From an uncultured Alphaproteobacteria bacterium (lineage in GTDB: Bacteria > Pseudomonadota > Alphaproteobacteria > Rhizobiales > Hyphomicrobiaceae), in contig CAVRVR010000009.1 of assembly GCA_963724595.1 (NCBI GenBank), positions 76,819-140,818 on the forward strand: DNA of 64,000 nucleotides, given 5' to 3'. The translations under genes and the position numbers were made by a program. The notes under the pieces are model-generated. The model searched no databases. It was not told the DNA's origin and saw nothing but the letters and a program-made list of their open reading frames with translations. This document shows positions 33,174-42,408 of the stretch, piece by piece. Position 1 is the first letter of the stretch, and the number at the start of each line of letters is the position of its first letter.

Positions 33174-35039
33174 ATGGCCGAGAAGAAAAGCGGGGCGGCG
33201 AAGACTAACGGCGCGAAGAAGCCCGGCGCGACGGCGGCCATCAACGGCCGCGCCTACCCCATTCACGACCACACCTATGACGTCGTCGTCGTCGGCGCCG
33301 GCGGCGCCGGTCTACGCGCCACGTTGGGTTGCGCTGAGGCCGGCCTCAAGACGGCGTGCGTGACGAAGGTGTTTCCGACGCGCTCACATACCGTTGCGGC
33401 GCAGGGCGGTGTCGCCGCGGCGCTCGGCAACATGGGGCCGGATGATTGGCGCTGGCACATGTACGACACGGTCAAGGGCGCCGACTGGCTCGGCGATCAG
33501 GACGCCATCGAGTACCTGTGCCGGCACGCGCCCGCTGCCGTGTACGAGCTCGAGCACTACGGCGTCCCCTTCAGCCGCACCGAGGACGGCAAAATCTATC
33601 AGCGCCCGTTCGGCGGCATGACGACCGAGTACGGCGAGGGGCCGCCGGCGCAGCGCACGTGTGCTGCCGCCGACCGCACCGGCCACGCCATGCTGCACAC
33701 GCTTTATGGCCAGTCGCTGCGTCACTCGGCTGAGTTTTTCGTCGAGTTTTTTGCGCTCGATCTGCTGATGGACCGGGACGGTGTTTGCCGCGGTATCCTC
33801 GCGCTGTCGCTCGACGACGGCTCCATCCATCAGTTCCGCGCCAAGAAGACGATCTTGGCGACGGGGGGCTACGGGCGCGCGTACTTCTCGTGCACCTCGG
33901 CGCACACCTGCACCGGCGACGGCAATGCCATGGTGCTGCGTGCCGGACTGCCGCTGCAGGACATGGAGTTCGTGCAGTTCCACCCGACCGGAATCTATGG
34001 TGCCGGGGTGCTGATCACCGAAGGCGCACGTGGCGAAGGCGGCTACATCACCAATGCACAGGGCGAGCGCTTCATGGAGCGCTACGCGCCGCATGCGAAA
34101 GACTTAGCTTCGCGCGACGTCGTCTCGCGCTCGATGACCATCGAGATTCGCGAAGGGCGCGGCCACGGACCGGAAGGCGACCACATCCACCTGCACCTCG
34201 ACCATCTCGATCCGAAGGTTCTGGCGGAACGCCTGCCGGGTATTACCGAGAGCGCCAAGGTGTTTGCCGGTGTCGATCTGCGCCGCGAGCCCATCCCAGT
34301 GCTGCCGACAGTGCATTACAACATGGGCGGCATCCCCACGAACTTCCACGGCGAGGTGCTGACGCTGAAGGACGGCAACCCGGATCATGTCGTGCCGGGC
34401 TTGATGGCAATCGGCGAAGCCGCCTGCGTGTCGGTGCACGGCGCCAATCGCCTCGGCAGCAACTCACTCATCGATCTTGTCGTGTTCGGACGTGCCGCCG
34501 GTCTGCGTTGCGCCGAGACGATCGAAGCCGGCGCGGCGCATCCGGACCTCGCCTATGACATCACCGAGCGCGCGCTGGCGCGTCTCGACCGCTTCCGCTA
34601 CGCGGCGGGTGGCACACCGACCGCCGACCTGCGCCTCAAGATGCAGAAGTCGATGCAGGCACACTGCGCTGTGTTCCGCGACGGTCCGGTGATGGCCGAG
34701 GGCATGCGCCAAATCGGTGAGATCTGGAAGGCGTCCGATGACATCCGCGTCACCGACCGCTCGCTCATCTGGAACTCCGATCTCGTCGAGACGCTGGAGT
34801 ACGACAACCTCATCGCCCAGGCTGCGGTGACGGTGACCGGCGCGCATAACCGGCAGGAAAGCCGCGGGGCGCACGCGCGCGAGGACTTCCCCCAGCGCGA
34901 TGACGTCAACTGGATGAAGCACACGCTCGCCTGGGCCGACTACGGCACCAAGAAGGTGCGCCTCGACTATCGGCCGGTGCACACGCACACGATGACCAAC
35001 GAGGTCAAATACATCGAGCCGAAGGCGCGCGTGTACTGA
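33174..35039 (+). CDS. sdhA: Succinate dehydrogenase flavoprotein
   Basis: [16 protein letters not shown] (FAD-His), [17 protein letters not shown]. Confidence 0.98.
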   Translation: MAEKKSGAAKTNGAKKPGATAAINGRAYPIHDHTYDVVVVGAGGAGLRATLGCAEAGLKTACVTKVFPTRSHTVAAQGGVAAALGNMGPDDWRWHMYDTVKGADWLGDQDAIEYLCRHAPAAVYELEHYGVPFSRTEDGKIYQRPFGGMTTEYGEGPPAQRTCAAADRTGHAMLHTLYGQSLRHSAEFFVEFFALDLLMDRDGVCRGILALSLDDGSIHQFRAKKTILATGGYGRAYFSCTSAHTCTGDGNAMVLRAGLPLQDMEFVQFHPTGIYGAGVLITEGARGEGGYITNAQGERFMERYAPHAKDLASRDVVSRSMTIEIREGRGHGPEGDHIHLHLDHLDPKVLAERLPGITESAKVFAGVDLRREPIPVLPTVHYNMGGIPTNFHGEVLTLKDGNPDHVVPGLMAIGEAACVSVHGANRLGSNSLIDLVVFGRAAGLRCAETIEAGAAHPDLAYDITERALARLDRFRYAAGGTPTADLRLKMQKSMQAHCAVFRDGPVMAEGMRQIGEIWKASDDIRVTDRSLIWNSDLVETLEYDNLIAQAAVTVTGAHNRQESRGAHAREDFPQRDDVNWMKHTLAWADYGTKKVRLDYRPVHTHTMTNEVKYIEPKARVY

Positions 35040-35070
35040 GCCGCAGAGGTAGCGAACTTCCAAACTTTGC

Positions 35071-35102
35071 AGGGCCGCCCCCGAGCGGCCCTTTCGCTTG
35101 TT
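35071..35102 (+). terminator. Intrinsic terminator after sdhA
   Basis: AGGGCCGC-loop-GCGGCCCT followed by TTCGCTTGTT, about 30 nt after the stop. Confidence 0.6.
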
Positions 35103-35204
35103 CGCCAATGGCACTTACAGCAGATATACAGTCCCATATATCCAAGGAACGACCGACCCGCCGGACTGCCCGGCACCGAAAGGGCGGCTTTGAGCGGAGC
35201 GCGA

Positions 35205-36054
35205 ATGCGTACGGTCCTAATCACTGGAACGTCGGCGGGCTTTGGACTTCTCGCGGCGGTGGAGCTGGCAAAGCGCGGCTGGCGCGTCATCGCCACGATG
35301 CGCAACTTGGAACGTAAAGGCCCACTCGAAGCGGCGCTGGCGCAGTCGGGGGCCGCGCAGAATGTCAATATCGTGCAACTCGACGTGACGGACGCAGCAT
35401 CGATCGCCAAGGGCGTCGCCGAGACGCTCGCCCTCACCGAGGACTTCCTCGACGCCGTGGTGCACAATGCCGGCGTCGCCGCGGGCGGCGCCTTTGAGGA
35501 CATCCCCGAGGCAGAAATCCGCCGTGTCATGGAGACGAACCTGATCGGCGTCATGGCGCTGACGCGCGCGCTCCTGCCGACGTTCCGCAAACAGCGCTCC
35601 GGACGCATCGTCGTCGTGTCGAGCGAGTTCGGGGCTCGCCGGCCAGCCCGGCAATTCGATCTATGTTGCATCGAAGTGGGCGCTCGAGGGCTGGTCGGAG
35701 TCGCTCGCCTTCGAAGTCAGTCAGTTCGGCATCGAGGTGATATTAGTCGAGCCGGGACCGTACATCACCGACATCTGGCAGGCTTCGCCCCGCTTCTGCC
35801 CGGAGAAGGGCGCCTATCGTCCGTGGTCGCAATATCTGTTCCGTGCCATCGACGCACACGTCGCCGCGCGCGGCCGCGATCCACAGGAGGTTGCACAGCG
35901 TATTGCGCACGTGCTCGAGACGCCCAAGCCGCATTTCCGCAATCCGGTGGGTCGGCAAGCGCGCATCGTGCATTTCGCGCGCGGGAAGTTCCCGACGCGG
36001 CTGTTGCGGCGCATGTTTGAAGCCTATCTGGGCCTGCGGCGGGTGCGCCTGTAG
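35205..36054 (+). CDS. SDR family oxidoreductase (frameshift near 35628)
   Basis: ITGTSAGFG, HNAG, then YVASK (YxxxK) and VEPGPY in the next frame. Confidence 0.88.
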
Positions 36055-36190
36055 CTCGATCGCCACGGCGGCTCAAGCACTTGGCTGGGCCGGCTGCGGC
36101 AGCCTCAAATCGCGCCAGATTCCATGCAACTATTGTCAGCCTCCATACCGTTCCCGGTAGAGGCGTACGCTCAGGTATCAGGAAACGAAC

Positions 36191-36760
36191 ATGGACACGA
36201 GATTGTGCATGCGGCTGGCCTTCGTGGCGGCCGCTTTTTCAGTTGTGGCGGCCATGCCCGCGGCAGCCGCTGATGATGATTGCAAAGACAAAGTCACTGC
36301 CGAAGGCAAGCCCGCGTCGCTCCGCGACCTAGGCGCGTATCCCAACTCGCTGCTTGCCTGGCGCTCGGCCGTCAAGGACAAGTACGGCGGCGAGTACAAT
36401 TCCTGGCGCTATTCGAAGGACGCCAAGGTCGACTGCACGGAAAAAGCCGGTCAGTGGGTCTGCGTGCGCACCGCCAAGCCGTGCAGAGATCTCCTGAGCC
36501 GCGCCCTCGGCGGAGCCAAGGAAGCGGTCAAGGACGTCGTGAAGCGGGATTGCAAGGCGGAGTCCATCCAGTCCTACGGCGCCGCTAAGAAGGACAAGAA
36601 GGCAGCCCTCTCCGAGGCCGAAACCGGCTGGGAGCTCGACGTGCGCAAGAAGCACGGCAAGGAATATGCGGTTTGGAAGAGCGCCACCGAGACGGACGTC
36701 GACTGTCACGACGTTAAGGGCGGCATCCAGTGCATCGCCGTCGGCACGCCCTGTAAGTAA
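36191..36760 (+). CDS. Secreted Cys-rich protein with two tandem ~70-aa repeats
   Basis: AGGA RBS, signal peptide, two copies of C...W..V..K[YH]G.EY..W...DC...C.....PC. Confidence 0.8.
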   Translation: MDTRLCMRLAFVAAAFSVVAAMPAAAADDDCKDKVTAEGKPASLRDLGAYPNSLLAWRSAVKDKYGGEYNSWRYSKDAKVDCTEKAGQWVCVRTAKPCRDLLSRALGGAKEAVKDVVKRDCKAESIQSYGAAKKDKKAALSEAETGWELDVRKKHGKEYAVWKSATETDVDCHDVKGGIQCIAVGTPCK

Positions 36761-36783
36761 CGGGCTCGCTCGAGCCAAGACAC

Positions 36784-36823
36784 AAAAGAAAAGCGGCGAC
36801 CGAGCACCTCGGTCGCCGCCTTT
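36784..36823. terminator. Bidirectional terminator between the Cys-rich gene and pqqA
   Basis: GCGGCGACCGAG-cac-CTCGGTCGCCGC with AAAAGAAAA on the left and CTTT on the right. Confidence 0.75.
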
Positions 36824-36845
36824 GTATCAGCTAGCTCAGATCGAG

Positions 36846-36935
36846 TTAGATGATGTCGATCTCGGCCGGCATGTAAGAGGTGACCTCAAGGCCAACTTCC
36901 TGCTCGCGAACGGCCGGCTTGCTCCAAACCTTCAT
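36846..36935 (-). CDS. pqqA: Pyrroloquinoline quinone precursor peptide PqqA, 29 aa (absent from the ORF track)
   Basis: MKVWSKPAVREQEVGLEVTSYMPAEIDII*: W..P leader plus the E-x3-Y core (EVTSY); GGAGG RBS 5 nt upstream; own terminator. Confidence 0.93.
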   Translation of the reverse strand: MKVWSKPAVREQEVGLEVTSYMPAEIDII

Positions 36936-37216
36936 AGTTTCCTCCATTAAAAACTGGCGAACCGCCTGTCCGCCTGTTCCGATAACCGACACCATAGCAA
37001 GGGGGTGCGATAAACAGAAATCGCAATCGCGTGATCTGAGTATCAGAAAAACTTATCGTCTCGATAAGCTGCGCAGGTGGCAAATAGCCCGTGGCGAGCA
37101 ATTTTAGCATAAACGCGATGCTGCGCCTTTGCGGAACCCTCAGCTTGAACGCGTAGAGTGATTGTCGCCCGGCGTTGATCATCCCCGGGCCCGACATTTC
37201 ATAGGGGCCATTCGCT

Positions 37217-37703
37217 ATGCACGCTTCCAAATCGCCGCTGTTGGCCGTCGCCATCGCTGCGCTCGGCATATTGAGCGCGCCGGTGCTCGCCGCCGAGACC
37301 GCCGCCGATGTTCCCAAGGATTTCCTACTACAACGATCCGCTGACGGCGACCGAGCGCAGCGGCATCGCCCAAGAGGAGAACGTTTCGCCGAACGACGGC
37401 CGCGTGTCGGTGCCGAATGCGAAGGACGAGGGCGTGATCCCCGATGCCGCTGACAAGGCCGACCAAAAGGCGGCGACCGAGACGCAGGAGCAGAACCTCC
37501 AGAAGGATGTCAACAGCGGGGCGAAGCGGTCCGGCGAGAGCGAGGCCGACGCAATCCTCGATAAGTCAAAAAAGGACTTCAAGGTCAGCAAACGGGGCCT
37601 TGAGGACTGCCTGAAGGATTGGGATCCGCAGACGCAGATGAGCAAGGCGGAGTGGAAAGAGAGCTGCCGCACGACGCTCGAGTACTTCCCCGACGGCCAA
37701 TGA
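37217..37703 (+). CDS. Secreted hypothetical protein (frameshift near 37321) with C-terminal C..WD..T.MSK.EW..SC motif
   Basis: Signal peptide MHASKSPLLAVAIAALGILSAPVLA; removing one base joins it to ORF 37308-37703. Confidence 0.7.
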
Positions 37704-37772
37704 GCTGAACAGCGGCGCGCAGCCACGTGCGCGCCGTTTCGTTATCGCCGACCGACAGCCAAGGAGACGCCC

Positions 37773-38870
37773 ATGCTGCGCCGCGCCGTTGCCACGCTGT
37801 GTGCAGGCCTGATGGCCACTACGCCGGCCTTCGCCTGCACCGATGTCCGCCTCATCGCCGGCGATGGCTCGCCTATGACGGTGCGCACCATGGAGTTCGC
37901 CATGGATCTTGGCAGCGAGGTGCAGATCATCCCGCGCGGGCAGCAGGTGACCTCTCCGGCGCCGAAGGGCGACGGGCTAACGTGGAAGTCGAAGTACGGC
38001 TATGTGGCGATGAACGCCTACAACATGCCAGTCGCCACCGACGGTCTAAACGAAAAGGGCCTCGGCTTTGGTGCGCTCTACCTACCGGCGGAGACCAAGT
38101 ATCAAGACGTAAAGCCGGGTGATGAGATCCGCGCGCTGTCCAACGCCAGCTTCGGCGCCTGGGTGCTCGGCAACTTCGCGACCGTCGACGAGGTGCGTGC
38201 CGCCGTGGGTCATGTCGTCGTGTGGGGCGAGATGGTGCCGCAGCTCGGCTCGTTTTCACCGCTGCACTACGTGGTCCACGACGCCAACGGCAAAAGCATT
38301 GTCATCGAATACGTCGACGGCAAGATGCACGTCTACGACAGCGTCGGTGTGCTGACCAACTCGCCGACCTACGAGTGGCACATCCAGAACCTGCGCAACT
38401 ACGTGAACCTGACGGCGGCGAACGCGGCGCCTGTCAAGGTCGGCAACGTGACATATGCCGGTACCGGCCAAGGTTCCGGCCTGCATGGCTTGCCCGGTGA
38501 TCCGACACCCCCGTCGCGCTTCGTCATGGCGGCGGCTACCGCCTATCTCGCAAACAAGCCGAAGGATTCGGCCGAAGCACTGATCGTCGCCGAGCACCTC
38601 ATCAACCGCGTCGATATCCCCAAGGGCCTGGTGCGTGACTATAGCGAAGGCGGCAAGCCGGCCGGCGACTACACGCAGTGGACCACGTTCCGCGACCACG
38701 CCAACAAGGTCTACTACTGGAAGACGTACAACGACCCGGGCATGAAGGCGATCGACCTCAAGACCCTCGACTTCAATCCCGGCCAGCCGACGCGCTCTCT
38801 GAGCCTCGCCGCCGCCAAGCCGTCGGTGCAAATGGTCTCGCCAGCACAATTTTCCACCGCCACGCAGTAG
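37773..38870 (+). CDS. Choloylglycine hydrolase / penicillin V acylase family Ntn-hydrolase (exported)
   Basis: Signal peptide ending AFA|C places the catalytic Cys first; RTMEF, DGLNEKGL, VLTNSP, GLPGD.TPPSRF, DYTQW. Confidence 0.92.
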   Translation: MLRRAVATLCAGLMATTPAFACTDVRLIAGDGSPMTVRTMEFAMDLGSEVQIIPRGQQVTSPAPKGDGLTWKSKYGYVAMNAYNMPVATDGLNEKGLGFGALYLPAETKYQDVKPGDEIRALSNASFGAWVLGNFATVDEVRAAVGHVVVWGEMVPQLGSFSPLHYVVHDANGKSIVIEYVDGKMHVYDSVGVLTNSPTYEWHIQNLRNYVNLTAANAAPVKVGNVTYAGTGQGSGLHGLPGDPTPPSRFVMAAATAYLANKPKDSAEALIVAEHLINRVDIPKGLVRDYSEGGKPAGDYTQWTTFRDHANKVYYWKTYNDPGMKAIDLKTLDFNPGQPTRSLSLAAAKPSVQMVSPAQFSTATQ

Positions 38871-39020
38871 CTGCTAGCCGCGTCGACCGGCGAGGCTTTG
38901 GGATAAATCGGACCCCGCGACGCGGACCGGCTTGGGCGTCTCCACGTTTGCCTCTACATTCCGAATTGCTGGCGACGGCTCATGGCCTCGTAGGCGAAGT
39001 CGCGAAGCGAGGAGGACGCC

Positions 39021-39332
39021 GTGCCGGGATTCCCGAAGCTAGGATCAATCGCCGTGGCGCTGATCGTCGGAACGATCGCCACGCCAGCCTTCGCCGCCAT
39101 CAAGTGCCAAGACGGCAGCCAGCTCATCCAGGGGAATTGGATGGCGACGCCCTATTGCCAGGACTTACTTCTGGCGCAGGTGGCGAACGCACGCGGCTTC
39201 AAGACGTCGTTCGCGGCGATCCGCAACAATCCCAACCACAAGAAAGAGCTTTGCCGGTTCCTGTACACCGACATCCGCGTGCAGATGACCTGCATGGACG
39301 CCGGCGTCCCGGAGTATTACAGCGGGCGCTAA
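39021..39332 (+). CDS. Small secreted 4-Cys hypothetical protein
   Basis: GGAGGA RBS before GTG; signal peptide ending AFA; IKC...TPYCQD...IRNNP..K.ELC...TC. Confidence 0.75.
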   Translation: MPGFPKLGSIAVALIVGTIATPAFAAIKCQDGSQLIQGNWMATPYCQDLLLAQVANARGFKTSFAAIRNNPNHKKELCRFLYTDIRVQMTCMDAGVPEYYSGR

Positions 39333-39742
39333 GCGCTTCCGATCAGTTTCTCGGCGTCGGTGAGAATCTGTGCGTGATCGAAGGCGAGGACTTCGGCCCG
39401 CCAGTCAGCGACCCATTCGGCCGAGGCCGCATCGTCGCCTGCGCGCGGCTCGGCGCGATCGACGTGGGCGAGGTAGGCAATCGAGCAGGTATGACCACGC
39501 GGATCGCGATTTGGGTCGGAATAGACGCCGATAAGGCGCAGCGCGCCAACGTCTAGCCCCGTTTCCTCCTTCAACTCGCGTCGGCAGGCCTCTTCGACGC
39601 GTTCGCCAACCTCGACGAAGCCGCCGGGTAGGGCGAACGAGCCCATGAACGGATCGTGCTTGCGGCGGATGAGCAGCACGTAGCCGCGCTTGTCGAACAC
39701 GACGCAGTCGGTGGTGAGCGCTGGCGTCGCAGGTAAGGGCAT
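39329..39742 (-). CDS. NUDIX hydrolase
   Basis: Nudix box ALPGGFVEVGERVEEACRRELKEETGL; RDPRGH; AFDH. Confidence 0.93.
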   Translation of the reverse strand: MPLPATPALTTDCVVFDKRGYVLLIRRKHDPFMGSFALPGGFVEVGERVEEACRRELKEETGLDVGALRLIGVYSDPNRDPRGHTCSIAYLAHVDRAEPRAGDDAASAEWVADWRAEVLAFDHAQILTDAEKLIGSA

Positions 39743-39873
39743 GGGGGCTCTTTTCGATGCTGTCGTGCTAGAGGGATAGAATCGGCCGATCGTCCGGTAG
39801 CCGCAATACGGGTAAAGGGGACAGCTGCACGATGCGGAGCCGTTTCTCGAGGCCGACGGGTGTGCCGAACGCG

Positions 39874-40479
39874 ATGGCAGACAAGAAGCCGGAACACCGC
39901 CCTGCGCCGCTCGAGGGGGAAACGCGGCTGGCCCCGGATCCGTTCACGGCCGTGCTGCCGGCCCTTGCAGCGCTCGGTGCCATCGCTTCGATCGCGACCA
40001 TCAACTGGGCGGCGCAAGAGCGCACTCCCGATCGTGCCCGATCAAAGCGCAAGGCGGGCACGGCGCTGCGCGATCTCGAAACCTGCTGCCTCGGCCTGCA
40101 GGAGATCTTCCGCCGTTTCCAGCGCAACCCGAGGCTGTTTGCCGGTGAAGGCGCGCAAGGCTCCTCGCCGCTGAAGTTCGGCGTACATGGGCCGCGCGTC
40201 AACACCGACGCCGCCCGGCTGTTCCAGCAGCTTATCAACGACGTCGCCTCCATGCTGGTGCTCGCCTCGCAGAACGCCTTCGATGTCATGTCGGCGGTTG
40301 AGGATGGCGAGATCAACGCGCCGGAGGAGTTGTTCTTCGGTTTCGGTGAGCAGCAGGAGCACCTCAACAAGCTGATCCAAGCCCGCGCCACCCTGAAAGC
40401 GTCGGTCGATACGGGTGCGGAGGTCGCAGCAAAGCTCACCGAGCTTGTGCGGGAGCTCAAGAAGCACCGCCCCGAATAG
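39874..40479 (+). CDS. Hypothetical protein (N-terminal hydrophobic segment, helical)
   Basis: 201-aa ORF with genome-typical GC3 bias; no family recognised. Confidence 0.7.
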   Translation: MADKKPEHRPAPLEGETRLAPDPFTAVLPALAALGAIASIATINWAAQERTPDRARSKRKAGTALRDLETCCLGLQEIFRRFQRNPRLFAGEGAQGSSPLKFGVHGPRVNTDAARLFQQLINDVASMLVLASQNAFDVMSAVEDGEINAPEELFFGFGEQQEHLNKLIQARATLKASVDTGAEVAAKLTELVRELKKHRPE

Positions 40480-40528
40480 CCACCTTTGCAGGTCGGGATT
40501 CCTGCCGCCAACGCGACGCCGGCGGGCG

Positions 40529-40557
40529 TTGACACAGGCATTTCCGCCGTTTCATGT
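40529..40557 (+). promoter_or_regulatory. Candidate sigma70 promoter for sdhB
   Basis: TTGACA-N17-TCATGT, about 50 nt upstream of the sdhB ATG. Confidence 0.5.
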
Positions 40558-40605
40558 GGGGTACCGGCGCCGCCCGGTCGGCGACAGCAGGAAAGTTCAC
40601 GCTCC

Positions 40606-41385
40606 ATGGTTCAACTCACGCTTCCCCGGAACTCTAAGGTCCAGCGCGGCAAGACCTGGAACGAGCCGGAGAACAAGGAAACGTGGAAGGAGTTTCGCGT
40701 CTACCGCTGGGACCCCGAGGGCGACGGGAACCCGCGCGTCGACAGCTATTGGGTGGATACGAAGCGCTGCGGGCCAATGGTTCTCGACGCGCTCATCAAG
40801 ATCAAGAATGAGATCGACGCGACGCTTACCTTCCGCCGCTCCTGCCGCGAGGGTATCTGCGGCTCTTGCTCGATGAACATCGACGGCACCAATACCCTCG
40901 CCTGCCTGAGGGGCTTTGAGGATATCAAGGGACCGGTGAAGATCTACCCGCTGCCGCACATGCGCGTGGTGAAAGATCTCGTCCCCGACATGACGAACTT
41001 CTACGCCCAGCACCGCCTGATCGAGCCGTGGCTGAAGACAGATACTCCGGCACCGCCGAAGGAATGGCGCCAATCACACGCGGACCGGCAGAAGCTCGAT
41101 GGACTCTACGAGTGCATTCTATGCGCCTGCTGCTCGACCTCGTGCCCGAGCTACTGGTGGAACGAGGACCGCTATCTGGGCCCGGCCGCGCTGCTGCAAG
41201 CCTTCCGCTGGGTGCAGGATTCACGCGATGAAGCGACGGGGGAGCGGCTCGACAACCTGGAAGACCCCTTCCGGCTCTACCGCTGCCACACCATCCTGAA
41301 CTGCACCAAGGCCTGCCCTAAGGGGCTCAATCCCGCGAAAGCCATCGCAGAGCTGAAGAAGCTGATGGTCGAGCGCCGCGTCTGA
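40606..41385 (+). CDS. sdhB: Succinate dehydrogenase iron-sulfur subunit
   Basis: [34 protein letters not shown]. Confidence 0.97.
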   Translation: MVQLTLPRNSKVQRGKTWNEPENKETWKEFRVYRWDPEGDGNPRVDSYWVDTKRCGPMVLDALIKIKNEIDATLTFRRSCREGICGSCSMNIDGTNTLACLRGFEDIKGPVKIYPLPHMRVVKDLVPDMTNFYAQHRLIEPWLKTDTPAPPKEWRQSHADRQKLDGLYECILCACCSTSCPSYWWNEDRYLGPAALLQAFRWVQDSRDEATGERLDNLEDPFRLYRCHTILNCTKACPKGLNPAKAIAELKKLMVERRV

Positions 41386-41424
41386 CGCGCGCGGCGACCG
41401 GCTAGAAAACGCCAGGAGAAGCGA

Positions 41425-41808
41425 ATGCTCGATCACATCGGTTTTCCGGTCACCGACTTTGCCCGCTCCAAGGCGTTCTACACGCGCGCGCTCGAGCCGC
41501 TTGGCTTTCGGCTGATCATGGAAGTCAACCTGTCGGACGACGGTGAGGACGGCTATGCCGGCTTCGGGCTCGACCGACCGCACTTCTGGATCGGCACCGG
41601 CAAGCCGCTCGTCGGACGGTTGCATGTCGCGTTCGCGGCCAAGAATCGCGCCGAGGTGCGGGCGTTCTATGAGGCGGCGTTGGCCGCGGGTGGCACAGAC
41701 AACGGTGCCCCAGGGCTGCGGCCGCACTATCACGAGAACTACTACGGAGCGTTCGTGCTCGACCCAGACGGCCACAACATCGAGGCCGTAAACCACCTGC
41801 CAGAATAA
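41425..41808 (+). CDS. VOC/glyoxalase family protein
   Basis: MLDHIG, LHVAFAA, DNGAPGLRPHY...YYGAFVLDPDGHNIEAV. Confidence 0.9.
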   Translation: MLDHIGFPVTDFARSKAFYTRALEPLGFRLIMEVNLSDDGEDGYAGFGLDRPHFWIGTGKPLVGRLHVAFAAKNRAEVRAFYEAALAAGGTDNGAPGLRPHYHENYYGAFVLDPDGHNIEAVNHLPE

Positions 41809-41838
41809 GATTCGTCCGGGCCCGAAAGCCAAATCGCG

Positions 41839-41882
41839 CAAAAGAAAAAGACCGGGGTCGCGTTTCGCGGCCACCGGTCTTG
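41839..41882. terminator. Terminator between convergent VOC gene and histone-like gene
   Basis: AAGACCGG...CCGGTCTT stem with an inner GTCGCG-ttt-CGCGGC stem; the A-rich flank gives a U-tract on the minus strand. Confidence 0.7.
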
Positions 41883-41965
41883 AAAGGCTTTAAGGCTGGC
41901 CGCCGAAGCGTCGTCAGCCTTCCATGTCGCGCGGTACGAGGGGAACTGGCGCGTACCCGGCTGCT

Positions 41966-42130
41966 TTACGCAGCTCGACGGGCCGTCTTGCGAGCCGTCT
42001 TACGGGCCGTCTTGCGAGCCGTCTTACGGACGGTCTTGCGGGCGGCCGACTTACGAGCGGTCTTCTTCGCGGCCGCGCGGCGAGCCGGGGCCTTCTTCAC
42101 TTTGCGCTTCACAGTTTTCTTCACAGCCAT
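41966..42130 (-). CDS. Histone H1-like / protamine-like basic peptide, 54 aa (absent from the ORF track)
   Basis: MAVKKTVKRKVKKAPARRAAAKKTARKSAARKTVRKTARKTARKTARKTARRAA*; 14 Lys + 11 Arg, no acidic residues; purine-rich GAAAGAGAG upstream; variation between repeat units is synonymous. Confidence 0.85.
   Translation of the reverse strand: MAVKKTVKRKVKKAPARRAAAKKTARKSAARKTVRKTARKTARKTARKTARRAA
41978..42040 (-). repeat. 12-bp tandem repeat encoding (RKTA)n
   Basis: Plus strand (RCGRGCCGTCTT)x4 plus one degenerate unit. Confidence 0.85.
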
Positions 42131-42408
42131 TGGAGTTCTCTCTTTCTAAGTTTCTATCTCTCTCAGTTCGAATCACTCGAACTAAAAAAATCATGTGCAA
42201 GTTCGAACATTTTGTTGACATGAAATTGCAAATGGAAAGCTAACGCAAGCGCATTCAATGGGGTGTGTTGCGAGAAATCATCATTTTTGTCGTGTTTCGA
42301 ATGGCCTGCAGCGTCATCTGCAGACTCTGCATGCACATTTTGTCCGATCAATGCAGTGCTGACGATCGACGCATCGCAGGCGAAATGACGGGCGCTTCGA
42401 CGTGCGCG

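Noticed and set aside
37773-38870. Ntn-hydrolase as the PqqA-processing protease
   Set aside because: It has a signal peptide while PQQ maturation is cytoplasmic, and the family acts on acyl-amides; only proximity supports a link.
41978-42040. CRISPR-like or non-coding tandem repeat
   Set aside because: The 12-bp units have no spacers and vary synonymously within the RKTA-coding frame.
41880-42149. Plus-strand 89-aa ORF with (RAVL)n repeats
   Set aside because: Antisense shadow of the basic peptide gene; the RBS and terminator U-tract favour the minus strand.
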